A program made the position numbers and the translations under genes. A stretch of DNA of 64,000 nt, taken from the NCBI GenBank assembly GCA_013239625.1, contig MU054187.1, positions 9,507,231 to 9,571,230 on the forward strand. Reading direction: 5' to 3'. Below the pieces are notes generated by a model. It saw only the letters and a program-made list of their open reading frames with translations, searched no databases and had not been told where the DNA came from. Of the stretch, positions 23,101 through 37,500 are shown piece after piece. Origin of the DNA: Lama guanicoe (taxonomy: Eukaryota). How positions within the stretch are numbered: the first letter of the stretch is position 1; each line of letters begins with the position of its first letter.

Positions 23101-26100
23101 GTAGAAGGTTTAGTCTTCAAAGCCTCAAAACCAAAGCTAGGGCGCAGGGAGATGTCCTCTGAGGTTTGGCTACCAAGGGCAGAAATGAGAACTATGGGAC
23201 AGATGTTGGCCGTTCCCATCAGGCTCTGCAGAGGCACTCGGGATCCACCTGTGAGCAAATGGACATCAACTAAATTTAAGACATAAATGTGTAGAGTTGT
23301 CTGTCCCTAAAAGGTTTTGAAAGATTTATGCATGACATAGCCACAAGAGGCTCCTGAGAGAGCAAAGACAGAACTAGAGATGAAAGCTGAACCCTGAGAC
23401 ATTAAGACTGATGCAGAGTGGAAGTCATACGGGAGGGAGGGAAGGAACATGGTGGGTTAGGCTAGATGTGCACACGGTGCCGGCCTGAAGCAGGAAGCTG
23501 CCCTGGGAAGGGCAGCTTGGACCACACTTTGTAGTAGCGCTGCAGGGAAGGGGCTTGGAACCACCTCAGGCTCGCAGAGCCCATCAGGGAACATTTGACT
23601 GGGTAGAAGCGGATATAGATAATGGTCAGCCAGTGTGTTAGACGGGCAAAGAAGGCAGAGCAGCCATGGGAGGTGAGGGGCAAAATGGACAGAGGAAAGG
23701 CTGAAGCTTTATCATCTGCTATTTCATCTGGCTGAATAAGGAACTAATGCTGGGTTTTGGAAAAAGACACAAATACTTACCTATTCCAGATGAAAAGAGG
23801 AAAAAGGCTGTGGCACTTTTATTACATAGCAGGAACCCTTAGTCCAGGCAGAATCACAAAGAAACGAGTGAGCAGTGGCTCTCTTGGCCATCTTAGGCAT
23901 CCTCCCTGGGGCAGGGTTTCCAAGTGGATGGTGAGCAGCAGGGCTGAGCTGTATCTGAAAGGGGCCTTTGAGAATTTGCTTTTCCGAAGGGGCATTAGGG
24001 TCCGACTGAGCAAGCTCGTCCTATAATAACATCCAACTTCCACGGTAATAAATATAAAATAACATGTGCAGTTTCCACGGATACCAAGAGAGGTCTCCAG
24101 TGGGTCCAGCTTGAGGAGGTGTCACATTCAGAAAGATGGCTGGGCGGCTCATTTGGCCTGCAGGTAGCCCCAGGCGACAGGGACTCACTTCCACGAATCA
24201 GTCTGGGCCCTGTGCATTCTGTGTGTTTACTCTAAGTCCACTCCCAGCCATAGTCAAGGTCATTGACAAATGAAAAAGAAGAATGAGTCTCAGGGCACTT
24301 TTCTAGAGCAGCTTTCACAGTCCAAGGGTCACTGCTTTCTTCCCCTGGCACTTTTATCACATGAGCAGCCTGACAGCATATTTATTATGCCTTTGCTCAA
24401 ACCGTTGATGAGAAAATATGTTTCCCTTTGGATTTTGTCTAGAAGACAAGGTGTCATTGGAATAACTTGCCTAATTTTTCTTCCTGTTGAGTAGCATTTC
24501 TTTTTTTCCAGATCTTTCCCTAAGGCGGCTCTTTATTCAGTAGGAAATGCCAGTGCTGATGTGTTATTGTTAGGTATTTATGTCATCCACAGGGCTGTCA
24601 GAAATCCTGATGATCTTGAAGCAAGGTCTAATATGCACTTGGCAAGTGCTTTTGCTGGCATTGGCTTTGGAAATGCTGGTGTTCATCTGTGGTGAGCCAA
24701 CTTGAGATTTTTATTACTTCACCTAAGCTTAAATTTTTAAAATGTGTATATTTTGGGACATGTGGTAAGATTTAAATATGCTACAGAAAGAAGAAATTTA
24801 ACTTTTGGTCCCAGAACATTTTCCTAATTCAGATCCAGTTTATTGGGTCATAGATTTTTTTTCCTTTTTGGTAACCAGTTTATTGAGATATTATTCACAC
24901 ACTATATATCATTCACCCATTTAAAATTTACAATTCAGTGGGTTTTCATATATTTGCAGAGTTGTGCTACCATGACCACAATAAATTTAGAACATTTTAT
25001 CATCCTAAAAAGAAATTCCATACCCCTTAGCTGTCACCCACCAATCCTCCTATACCCTCGAGTCTTAAACAACTACCAATCTATATTTTGTCTCTTTGAT
25101 TTGCCTATTCCAGACATTTCACATAAATGGAATCATATAAGATGTGATTTTTTTTTTTGGTCTGATTTCTTTAGCTTATGCATAATGCTTCGTGGTTCAT
25201 CCATGCATGATCAGTACTTCTTCCCTTTTTATTGCCAGGTAATATTCCATTGCATGGATATACCACCTTTTATTTATTCATTCACCAGATAATGGACATT
25301 TTGGTTGTTTCAACTTTTTTGGCTATTATGAATAATGCTGCTATGAATAATCATCTATAAGTTTTTGTGTAGACATATGTCTTCATTTCTATTGAGTATA
25401 TACCTAGGAGTGGAATGGCCGGGTCATATGGTAACTCTATATTTAAATTTTGAGGAACTGCCAAGCTGTTTTCCACAGTGGCTGCACAGCTGTACATTCC
25501 TACCAACAGTGGATGAGGGTTTTGATTTTTCCACATCTTCATCATGTGTCATGGATTTTTAAAACCTCAAACAGAATTTTTTTCTCCCAATCTCTCAAAA
25601 AGAGGGGGGTTGGAATATTTGTCAATAGCCCAGAATTAATCTGTTTGAGCATAACTTTATTCGTGTGTTGCCTCAAAACTGAAAACTAGTGAGCCCGAAG
25701 AATTAAGACTTGGTCTTTGCTAGGGCGAATACAATGAAATGGTCACATTCAAGCTCTGCTGCTGACAGGAGCACAGACGGGCACCACCTTTCTAATAGGC
25801 AACTGAGCAAAATCTACCCAGAGCTTGGAAAATGTTTATACCCCTTGACCCACTGATCTTACTTCTAGGAATATAGCCTAATTAAACAATCATGATATGA
25901 CCAAAGAATTTCCTTATAAGGATATCACCTAAATGTTATTTATAATTGAAAAATTTAAGAACAACCTAAATTCCCAACAGTTTGGGAGTGGTTAGCTGAA
26001 GTGCAATACTCAAAGAATAAAATAAGTCCATTAAAAGTAATGTTCTAGAAGAATGGAAAATGTTTATAAAGAATATTAAGTAATACAAGCAATGTTTGAA

Positions 26101-29100
26101 ACTGAATGTACAATATGATCATCAGTTAAAGATACGCATAAGAAGCCTAGAAGGAAATACTCTATAATGTTTATCTTGAGGAAATAGGATTATATATCAT
26201 TTTTCTTTTCTATAAAGAATATATATAACATTAAAAGAAATCAAACTAAAATATTGGATATCGTTAGAAGGTACTTTGAAAGCTACATGAACGCTTTCAC
26301 GTCATGAAAGCACACTGAAAAAAAAAAAAAAGAAGAGAAAGCACACTGAGCAATAATTTTCTGAATACTGTGGAGCCAAAAAAGTATCCAACAACAACTC
26401 AGGGAACCAATGGCTTCTGATCTGGCTCGAGAAAGATGACACACACCAGGCACCTTTTTTGGATACGTTAATCATACAGTCCACCAAAATACTTCATCTT
26501 TCTATGAAATGTAAATCTTTTAGAAAATAAAAAACAAAGTCATCCAATAACCCACATGAATAGACTTACAGACCATTTTATTATTATAAAGTACTTCATT
26601 TTCAATATATTAATTGTAAACATATTAACTTCTCACAGCGTGTATCCTCTGGGTCATCTAGTAAACTGTTATATTGTCCTGTGTGTTCACTAAGAACTTC
26701 AGAGGATATAAAGAGTTTTTCCATTAAAACAAACCAAAAAAAAAACCCACAAATAAAAAATTACAAGGTGCCTTTTCTTGACAGCCTTGCAGGCTGGAAT
26801 AATCATGTATGATTCACCTCCCATTAGTACGTAGCATTTAAAAGGACGTACCAATCATTGGCAAGACAGATCACTGGCAGATCTAGCTTGCAGTATGTCT
26901 TGGCTCATAAAACACCCACCGATATCTTCAGTTTGTGAAGGAACACACTGCGAAGGCAGTGCAGAGCAAGACAGAAAATGCATACCCTGAAGCTTATTAT
27001 AGAAACTTTAAGGTGAATTCTTGATTTCTTCAAGGTAATGAGGTTAACCAGTCTGCTTGGGGAGCAACTTCTGCATCAATATTTTTTAATGGCATACAAT
27101 TCTGTGAGCATTTGAATTTGAACATCTTGGAGGTTTTGTCCATGAATACACCAAATACCAATTGAATAATAATATATCCTCATAGGAATCAAGGAAAACA
27201 GAATGTTTAACTTTGTGGGTTAATAATATTGTCAGGAGACTGTGAAGGGCTCTCCCGTAGGAGTATCTTTGTGCTGTTAACTTGGATTTCTGATATCTAT
27301 ATGTCAACATAAGGAATTTCTTTCTTTCCTAGCCATGGAATGTCTTACCCAATTTCGGGCTTAGTGAAGAAATATAAAGCCAAGGACTATAAAGTGGATC
27401 ACCCACTGGTGGTAAAATCATAATAAATTCTTTAATTAAGTCTTAAACTCCTCGCAGTTGCCATACATGTATTTGTCAATTCTTGATTGCTTGGACTACA
27501 GGGTAAATATTTAATATTTAGAATACGCAGGTGGAAGACCAGCTTTGCCCTATCGGTCACCATGTTTTGTTTCTCTCCAGCCTCATGGCCTTTCTGTGGT
27601 ACTCACCTCCCCGGCGGTGTTCACATTCACAGCACAGATGTCTCCTGAGCGGCACCTGGAGACAGCAGAAATACTGGGTATGAACCATCACTCGTAAGTC
27701 TGTGATCCACATACGTGGAGCATTTCCTAGGATTGCTCCTGAAGATAAACCATAAAGGATAATTCCAAAAAATATTGCTTTGAGATAATTTAATAATAAA
27801 ATGTCAGTGACCTGCCCAAATTCCTACCTAGCACTAAAATTCTTTAATTTTATGTTTCTAAGAGTCTATTAACAGTGAAATGGAACCAAATATTGCTTAA
27901 GTTTATAGTAATAATATTTCCACTATTTTTATCCCCAAGGAAAGTGAAACTGTTTATATACCATTAATATTATAAGTGATGTTTGCTTTGGTTAATAGGA
28001 AATAAAATGAATCTAAATCAGGAAGTAACAGTCAATTCCCAATTATAGAGAAATTAAAAAACTAGAAACTATAAAAAGATCCCCAAAGAAGAATTCGTTT
28101 GCTGTTCTGTAGAATAAATAATGTCTATAATAAGATACTCACAGTGTCTTTTGAATCTTACAAGAAATACAATTTTATCTAGGATCACTTCCATGCTATG
28201 TAAAATATTGGTATTTTTCTAATACAGGAGCTCTTTTAAGGAAACTTAAGTATTTGACTAACTTTTAAAACATCTAGTCCCCTACTTGCGTTTAGGGAGG
28301 AAAGAGAAAAGCTAAAAAGAAAACTGCGTTCTGCTCTTCTAGCAGCAGCCTCTGGAGAGATTATTTGCGAGACGGTGGGAACGACCACAGACATCCTTCC
28401 CGAGGGGCCGCTGCACCCCCACTTCTCACATTCGGGAGTGTTCCTGAAAGAAGCCCCGGGCTCGGGTTCCCAGCACGTGCTGCTGGAAACGTGGTGCCGA
28501 CTTTTCCGAGGACCTTGTGTCCCTTTTCCCTTTCAGACCAGGGCCGCTGCTGAGCCCTGTGTGGGGATCCAGGTCCTGTGTAACTACACAAACAGTTTAA
28601 ATAGGCAGGAGCCCAAACAGTAGGCTAGAGGTAGGGTAAGGGGGGAAATCTGGGAGAACCTAAACCTGACATTCCAGGCCACCCACAGAATCACTGAGAA
28701 AGCAAGTCCTCTGTTAGACAAAGCCCAGGCCGGACGGATGCCCGGTTCCTTCTCCTTGCATAGGAAATTCTGGTCCTATTTAGCCATTCAGTGTTTTGAT
28801 TCCCTATGTAATCCTGGATTTTTCTTAGCTTTAGACCAATGTATTCTCTTTCCTATCCTCTCTTTTTCTCTAAAACACTTCATAGGAAGGCCTGGAGGGT
28901 TTGACAGTGTGTCTTACGGCAGCAATCCCGGGAACGTAAAACCCTCGTACACCCCACCGTGTGTCTCGTCACCACTTAACCCATATTCGAGCCGCCGCCG
29001 TGTAACGCGGGCTGCTCTTGTCAGGCGAGGTTCACCTTCTGCCCAGCTGCTCTCCCAGCTACCTCTGTAACTGGTTCTACTTACACCTTTTCCTGGATAA

Positions 29101-31481
29101 CTTACACAGTTCTCTCTGTCGCAGAACAGAAAGGTTAGGACTGACTTCAGAATGGTGAAGTCGGTATGGAGGTGAACTGAGCATTCCAGTCTCTTTTTGA
29201 CCCATACAGACTTAGGCTACGATCATGAGCCATTTTGGATAATAAGTCAAAAATGTGCTAGTCCATTTACAGAGTGTTTAACTTCCTAGCAATGAACGTG
29301 TCCCATCAGAATGGATGGAGGCAGGGGTGCTAAGGGTTTGGAATCAGTTCCTTCCCTCTGGGAACTTTTCACTGCCACCCAGAGGGCAGAGCCCCCTGGC
29401 TCCTCCAAGTTGATGCCTCTATGATTTCATGTATTAATTAGTAATTATGTCCAAATTCTGCCCTTACAAATCGCCCACCCTTGGCAACCCTCTCCCTTGT
29501 TCACAATATCATTATTATCTACATGTTAAATATTGCTTTCTGAGAGTCTCCATATTCTTAACTCTGCCTGACAGGTTCTGTAAAATATATTAGAAGAACC
29601 TGCCCTTTGGCAACAGAGTACAAAAAAGAAGTTTTATAGCTACAGAGAGGAAATATTTCCTTCCCTGGCCACACCTACACATTTCTCTCATTTTCCTCCT
29701 TTTTGGCAGTTAACGTTTTTGCACTTCTGTAGGTCCTTGTCTCACAAGGTGTTTGCAAAGGGTTTGTCTTCGTTTCCTAAGATGTTGTTGTGAGGAAGGG
29801 CACTGAACATGGAGACCTCTAGATGTCAGCAAATTCTAAGCCTTGAAAGTTACATAAGCTGTGCTTCCTCCCACGGATGCTCATTCCTCCTCATCCAAAC
29901 ACAAGCCATCTTTCTTGGTCCCCTTCCTGTGCCTCTGTTCCTGGCTTTGTTTCTCTTCTTCCCACCACACACGGGGCGAGCAGCCCATTGGAAATGTGAG
30001 AGCCAAGTCAGGCCCCCAGCCGACTTCTCTGTGGAGGTTCTTGGGGCTCTGGGCTGGCCTGGCCCATCTGTCTCCTGCAAGGCTGACCTCTGGGCCTGCC
30101 TCCACGTGGAGGCCCAGCGGTGCCTTGTCCTCCAGTGAGGGAGCCGGCAGAGGTTATGTATTCAGCTATCTTGTGACTGAATCACACACAGCGCCAGCTT
30201 CCTCCTCTCTGTCGACAGTCAGTGCTTTGTGTCTTCCAGGGGCTGACACCCGCACTGCCAGGATCCCAGATGCCGGGCCCATTCTGTCAGATACACTGAG
30301 GAAATTCTTATTCGATCTGGATGTTGACGATGGCTTAGCTGCCATTGGTTACTCCAAGGCTGATATCCCCGCGTTAGTGAAAGGAACGCTGCCCCAGGTA
30401 AGAGATGCGGCTCATCCTCGCTCCCCTGTAGGGAGCACAAAGCTATGGGAGAGAGACAGTCCATGCGGGGCATCTTAGGAGAGGAGATGAAAACCTCGGG
30501 GCCCTCCAGAAGCTCTGAGGTCTCCACACCAGGCAGCGGCTCTCCCCTTCCCCAGTGGAAAGGGGCCAAGGCCCCCTCACCTTTACATTCTTCCATTACA
30601 CTGTGGCATGTGTGACACTTTGTCGCTGTAACAAAAGGATCCTTTACAAAACTTTAAGGCAGAAACAACTAAATTTATCTTGAGTATAGCAGAATTTCCC
30701 TTTTCTCCATTTCTGCTCTTTTAAGAGAATGCTACAAAGCTATGTAAAGCTATTCCAAAAAGGCCACTATTATTATTTTCCATTATAAAAAGTTACACAT
30801 TCTACTATTTTTTTAAAGAATAGACATGGCCTTTAAATTTTATTATTACCTTTTTAATGGAGGTAATGGGGATTGAACCCAGGACCTTGTTCATGCTAAG
30901 CATGCACTCTACCACTGAGCTATATCCACCCCTTGCCTTTAAATTAAGATGATTACAAAATCACTTTTTAACATATTTGGGAGACTGTGTTTTATGCATA
31001 GACATCTTTACATAAGTCTATCACTTCGAGTCCTATTTCATTTATTTATATGTTCCTAAAGAATTTAAACTGAGCAACTATCCTTTATATGGGAGAATCA
31101 TAATAGACGTAAAGTTTCCCCTCTCAAGGTTCTCATGAAAAGAGTTTATTCGACATTGGACCTCTCTTCCTTTTAGGACCCGATACCCTTATGTTACAGT
31201 TCCAGAACCTAATGGGCTGACCCTGTTCATTGTAATTCACCATAAATCACAGAGTTCAGAGTCATGAGATGACACCATGCTCACTAGGCCTAGAGTGCTC
31301 AATTCTGTTCAAGAAAGGCAAGGATCACTTAAACATTGTAAGGATATACGGAAAAGATGAAAACTCTAATTCAAAAAGATACATGCACCTCAATGTTCAT
31401 AGCTGCACTATTAACAATAGCCAAGATACAGAAAGAACCCAACTGCCCATCAACAGATGATTGGTTAAGAAAATGTGGTGT

Positions 31482-31521
<40 letters not shown>

Positions 31522-34500
31522 ATATTACTCAGCCATAAAAAAGAATGAAATAATGCCATTTGCAGCAACATGGATGGAACTAGAGATTATCATACAAAGT
31601 GAAGTAAGTCAGGGAAAGACAATTATCACTTGATATCACTTATAGTGGAATCTAAGAAAATAATATAAATGAATCTATATACAAACCAGCAATAGACTCA
31701 GAGACACAGAAAATAAACCTATCATACAAAAGGGGGAAGAAAGGGGGAGGGATAAATTAGGAGTATGGGATTAACAGGTACAAACTACTATCCATAAAAC
31801 AGACAAGCAATAAGGGTTTACTGTAAAGCACAGGGAACTATATTCAATATCTTGTAATAACCTATAATGGAAAATTATCTATAAAAATACGTATCTTTAA
31901 AACTGAATCACTTTGCTCTACACTGTAAACTAACACAATATGGTATTCAACTATACTTCAATTAAAAAAAAACACTATGAGGATATGAGGATAAGGCACT
32001 TCTGCCCAAAGTTCCTGTATCCATCCCTGACCCTGGAGCAGAGTTGACAGCGAGAACATCCACTCACACAGCATCTTGCTCACCACCCATGGCAGTGCTT
32101 TTCCCTCAGTCCACTCCAGTTAAGCACAAGCCTCAAACTGGCTTCTTCTCCAGCGAACAAGTGCTTGAGTGCTGAAGATCTCACCACTCACTTTAGAAAA
32201 TATTTGTATGGATTGGTTTCACAGCCTTATCTGTCCATATCTACCAGGTGGATCCTAGCAATGAATAAAGTAATTTAAGGCAACAGGGAGTGGTGGGGAC
32301 TGTGATGAATTGGAAAGCACATGACCCATCTCATTGGGTGAGCAGCTTGTTAGCTACAGTTTATTACCACCAAGCATAAATTCAGGTCCCAGTGTTGGCA
32401 GAACTTGAGATTTTTAAAGAAAAAACAGCAACCGGATGTGTGTGTTGAACCCCCTGGTTTTTCTATGTACAAACCAAACATTCCCCATGACCCACCAGTT
32501 TCCCTGACTCAGAGTCAGGCCCAGTGAACTCAGTTGCATTCAAAAATACAAGTGAATGAGAAAAAGGGGAGTCTCAAAGTATAGCAGACCCCTTAGTTCT
32601 AACCCATAGTCCTAACCCGTAAGTCCAAGGGACTAAATAAAAACATGACCATCACAGTTATTTTATCTAAGCCTACTAGATTTAAAGTTCCATGAAGGCA
32701 GGAGCCTGTCTGTTTTGCTCATCCATTTTCTACAGCACCTAGCGTGGGCTAGCCAACGTCTTAAATAGGCACTACCTGTAACCCTCTCCTCCTAAATCTT
32801 CTGTCCATTTGAGCTTAATAGCTGAATATGGCCACTTTTTGAGCAATTTCCTTAGACTCAGTAGGACTCAGCCAATGATAAGGAGTCATGAAAACCTGTC
32901 CAGGGACACCAGAGACCAAGTGGTCACCACAATTTTGATGTAGCCTCTGGCTCTTATAGCATTGTTCCAGCAAAAGTGTCCATTCTTCAAGGGGTTTTCT
33001 GAAAAGTTCTTCTTGTTTAGCCCAGAAAACTATTCAGGGCTTTGTGTTGATCAGCCTCCAAGAATGGTATTCATGATTTTCAGATGAAACTGGATGACAT
33101 TCTTGGCCATTTAGTTGCTGGTGGCAATGGATCTTCCAGCCATCAGCACAGACTGGTAGGTGCTGACGGTTTTAATTCTACTGTGCTCAGACTTCCACTT
33201 TCAAAAGCTGTTCCCAACAGCAAGAAATTCAGACTAACATTCAAGACCATCCACTAAAATAGCAAGTTAGTTAGGTATCACTCCGAATGCCTCAGTGCAC
33301 ATGTCATACTGGGAAATCACACATAACAGAACCTTAATTAGACAAAACCAATTTCTTAGTTTCACAAAAGATGCAAGGTGAATTGACTCTTTCGAATACA
33401 AGTCATGTCTATAAATAGGAAGCCAGGATTTCCTCAAGCTGTACTCATAAAGCGGCCCCAATGTGTATGCTGCCTTTTTTTTTCTCCCTTTGATCATGTT
33501 TTCATGATTAGGAGAAGAACAGTTAATTTTCATTAACTGGCACTAGTTCAACGTTGAAGTCAATTTGGGATACATATATATATATAGAGAGAGAGAGACA
33601 GAGGTATGGGGGAAGGGGGATATTCAAAGGAATCTTAGAAATAAGCTTGCCTGTTTTGCAGTTGAAGAACTGGCTTTTATTTAGGTGTTCGGTTTTCTTG
33701 TTTTGTTTTGTGTTTGGCAGCAGTGGACATTTTATAGGAATGCTATGGCAACTTCAGGATTTCACCGATGCAGCAGATTAATCGTCACTTATTAGTAGCG
33801 ACAGGATTTAAGGTAGTGAGAGGGATATACTGGTTCCTGCAGAGAACATTGCCAGAAGGGTTACTGCATGTAGTCGACATTTGATAAAGCTTCTTTTATG
33901 TTCAGCAAGGAGGGATCGGCTTCCTCTGGAACGAACAACCGGGCCAGTATTCTCCACCAAACAGCACAGCCCAAACTGGTGGCGGCGAATAGCAGCCCTG
34001 TGTACAGGGGCTTCCAACTGCCGTGGCCAGGCTGCAGAGGGAGCAGGCAAGAATAAATTAATCTTCCAAGCTGGACTTCTGAAACCTCTGGAAAGAAACA
34101 TTTACATTTCAAATCAAAACATTTCATTACCAAGGAGAGCTGTCTACCAAAATGAGCACTTCCACCCCCTGGCAGACAGGCCAGCTGAAATGTTGTTTTA
34201 TGAATGTGCTCAAAGTAGTAGTCTGAATTTATTTCAGTGCCCATGTTAATCAGCTGTCCTTCAGTCTCATGTGTCTATAAATAGCACATTTTGGAACACA
34301 TCTCAGTTCTGAGTTGGTAGCTTTCATATGGCATAGCTGGTATGTGCCAGGATATAACAGAAACTTTACGTCCCTGCCCCCGTTTAACCCATCGTTGGGG
34401 GTTAGAAACGTGAAAGAGAATCTCTCAGCTTGGCCTGAGCTGAGAGTTCTGAACTACTTCCCCAAAGATAAGCAGGGTTGTTTTAAGGGCCTCTGAGCTC

Positions 34501-37500
34501 ATCAGATAAGACTCTCTCCCACTGTAAACAGAATAAAGTGGCAATCTTAGATTAGACCATGGCAAAACCGAACTTCAGTTCCGGTCTCTGCCACAGACGT
34601 ATACAGACATAAGTCACCACGAACATGTCTCTGCCTTGTGGTGGATTTTCAGAATTCTTTAGGGTCTCTAAAAGATGTGCTGGGACATGAAATTTTACCT
34701 TGGCTTCAACCATACTCTTTAGCATTGCCCCTCGTCCTTCTCCCATCTGTCCATTCATTCTTTTTTTTTTTAATTATGGTAAAACATACCTGACATAAAA
34801 TTCACTATTTTAATCATTTTTAAATGTCCAATTCAGTGCCATTAAGTACATTTACAATGTTGTGCAACCATCACTACTATCCATGTCCAGAATTTTTTTC
34901 TAATTTATCTATTTTTATTGAAGGATAGTTGATTTATAATGTTGTGTTAGTTTCTGGTGTACAGCAAAATGATTCAGTTATTTATAATATATATGTGTAT
35001 ATATATATTCTTTTTCAACCACTATTATTATTTTCCATTATAAAAAGTTACACATTCTACTATTTTTTTAAAGAATAGACATGGCCTTTAAATTTTATTA
35101 TTACCTTTTTAATGGAGGTAATGGGGATTGAACCCAGGACCTTGTTCATGCTAAGCATGCACTCTACCACTGAGCTATATCCACCCCTTGCCTTTAAATT
35201 AAGATGATTACAAAATCACTTTTTAACATATTTGGGAGACTGTGTTTTATGCATAGACATCTTTACATAAGTCTATCACTTCGAGTCCTATTCCATTTAT
35301 TTATATGTTCCTAAAGAATTTAAACTGAGCAACTATCCTTTATATGGGAGAATCATAATAGACGTAAAGTTTCCCCTCTCAAAGTTCTCATGAAAAGAGT
35401 TTATTTGACATTGGACCTCTCTTCCTTTTAGGACCCAATACCCTTATGTTACAGTACCAGAACCTAATGGGCTGACCCTGTTCATTGTAATTCACCATAA
35501 ATCACAGAGTTCAGAGTCATGAGATGACACCATGCTCACTAGGCCTAGAGTGCTCACTTAGTCCTCTGTCCAAAATGGGAAAGGCAAGGATCACTTAAAC
35601 ATTNNNNNNNNNNNNNNNNNNNNNNNNNNNNNNNNNNNNNNNNNNNNNNNNNNNNNNNNNNNNNNNNNNNNNNNNNNNNNNNNNNNNNNNNNNNNNNNNN
35701 NNNNNNNNNNNNNNNNNNNNNNNNNNNNNNNNNNNNNNNNNNNNNNNNNNNNNNNNNNNNNNNNNNNNNNNNNNNNNNNNNNNNNNNNNNNNNNNNNNNN
35801 NNNNNNNNNATAAAAAAGAATAATGCCATTTGCAGCAACATGGATGGAACTAGAGATTATCATACAAAGTGAAGTAAGTCAGGGAAAGACAATTATCACT
35901 TGATATCACTTATAGTGGAATCTAAGAAAATAATATAAATGAATCTATATACAAACCAGCAATAGACTCAGAGACACAGAAAATAAACCTATCGTACAAA
36001 AGGGGGAAGAAAGGGGGAGGGATAAATTAGGAGTATGGGATTAACAGGTACAAACTACTATCCATAAAACAGACAAGCAATAAGGGTTTACTGTAAAGCA
36101 CAGGGAACTATATTCAATATCTTGTAATAACCTATAATGGAAAATTATCTGTAAAAATACGTATCTTTAAAACTGAATCACTTTGCTCTACACTGGAAAC
36201 TAACACAATATTGTATTCAACTATACTTCAATTAAAAAAAAACACTATGAGGATATGAGGATAAGGCACTTCTGCCCAAAGTTCCTGTATCCATCCCTGA
36301 CCCTGGAGCAGAGTTGACAGCGAGAACATCCACTCACACAGCATCTTGCTCACCACCCATGGCAGTGCTTTTCCCTCAGTCCACTCCAGTTAAGCACAAG
36401 CCTCAAACTGGCTTCTTCTCCAGCGAACAAGTGCTTGAGTGCTGAAGATCTCACCACTCACTTTAGAAAATATTTGTATGGATTGGTTTCACAGCCTTAT
36501 CTGTCCATATCTACCAGGTGGATCCTAGCAATGAATAAAGTAATTTAAGGCAACAGGGAGTGGTGGGGACTGTGATGAATTGGAAAGCACATGACCCATC
36601 TCATTGGGTGAGCAGCTTGTTAGCTACAGTTTATTACCACCAAGCATAAATTCAGGTCCCAGTGTTGGCAGAACTTGAGATTTTTAAAGAAAAAACAGCA
36701 ACCGGATGTGTGTGTTGAACCCCCTGGTTTTTCTATGTACAAACCAAACATTCCCCATGACCCACCAGTTTCCCTGACTCAGAGTCAGGCCCAGTGAACT
36801 CAGTTGCATTCAAAAATACAAGTGAATGAGAAAAAGGGGAGTCTCAAAGTTCTAACCCATAGTCCTAACCCGTAAGTCCAAGGGACTAAATAAAAACATG
36901 ACCATCACAGTTATTTTATCTAAGCCTACTAGATTTAAAGTTCCATGAAGGCAGGAGCCTGTCTGTTTTGCTCATCCATTTTCTACAGCACCTAGCGTGG
37001 GCTAGCCAACGTCTTAAATAGGCACTACCTGTAACCCTCTCCTCCTAAATCTTCTGTCCATTTGAGCTTAATAGCTGAATATGGCCACTTTTTGAGCAAT
37101 TTCCTTAGACTCAGTAGGACTCAGCCAATGATAAGGAGTCATGAAAGCCTGTCCAGGGACACCAGAGACCAAGTGGTCACCACAATTTTGATGTAGCCTC
37201 TGGCTCTTATAGCATTGTTCCAGCAAAAGTGTCCATTCTTCAAGGGGTTTTCTGAAAAGTTCTTCTTGTTTAGCCCAGAAAACTATTCAGGGCTTTGTGT
37301 TGATCAGCCTCCAAGAATGGTATTCATGATTTTCAGATGAAACTGGATGACATTCTTGGCCATTTAGTTGCTGGTGGCAATGGATCTTCCAGCCATCAGC
37401 ACAGACTGGTAGGTGCTGACGGTTTTAATTCTACTGTGCTCAGACTTCCACTTTCAAAAGCTGTTCCCAACAGCAAGAAATTCAGACTAACATTCAAGAC

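Larger units (their letters stand above)
30764..35017 (+). repeat. ~4.25-kb tandem duplication, copy 1
   Basis: Begins CCACTATTATTATTTTCC and ends ATATATTCTTTTTCA. It is repeated almost exactly from 35019. Confidence 0.95.

Noticed and set aside
29861..30478. 205-aa ORF
   Set aside because: It is ADHFE1 exon 13 extended by chance into flanking intron sequence.
32815..33240. Possible Gypsy/ERV pol remnant on the minus strand ([10 protein letters not shown]..., [10 protein letters not shown])
   Set aside because: The resemblance to RNase H-region motifs is weak, split across frames, and unsupported by LTRs or RT motifs. It would need a Dfam or tblastn hit.
33808..34249. Overlapping 97-127 aa ORFs that appear twice (also 38062-38503)
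   Set aside because: They recur only because of the tandem duplication, mostly lack real ATG starts and resemble no protein I recognise.
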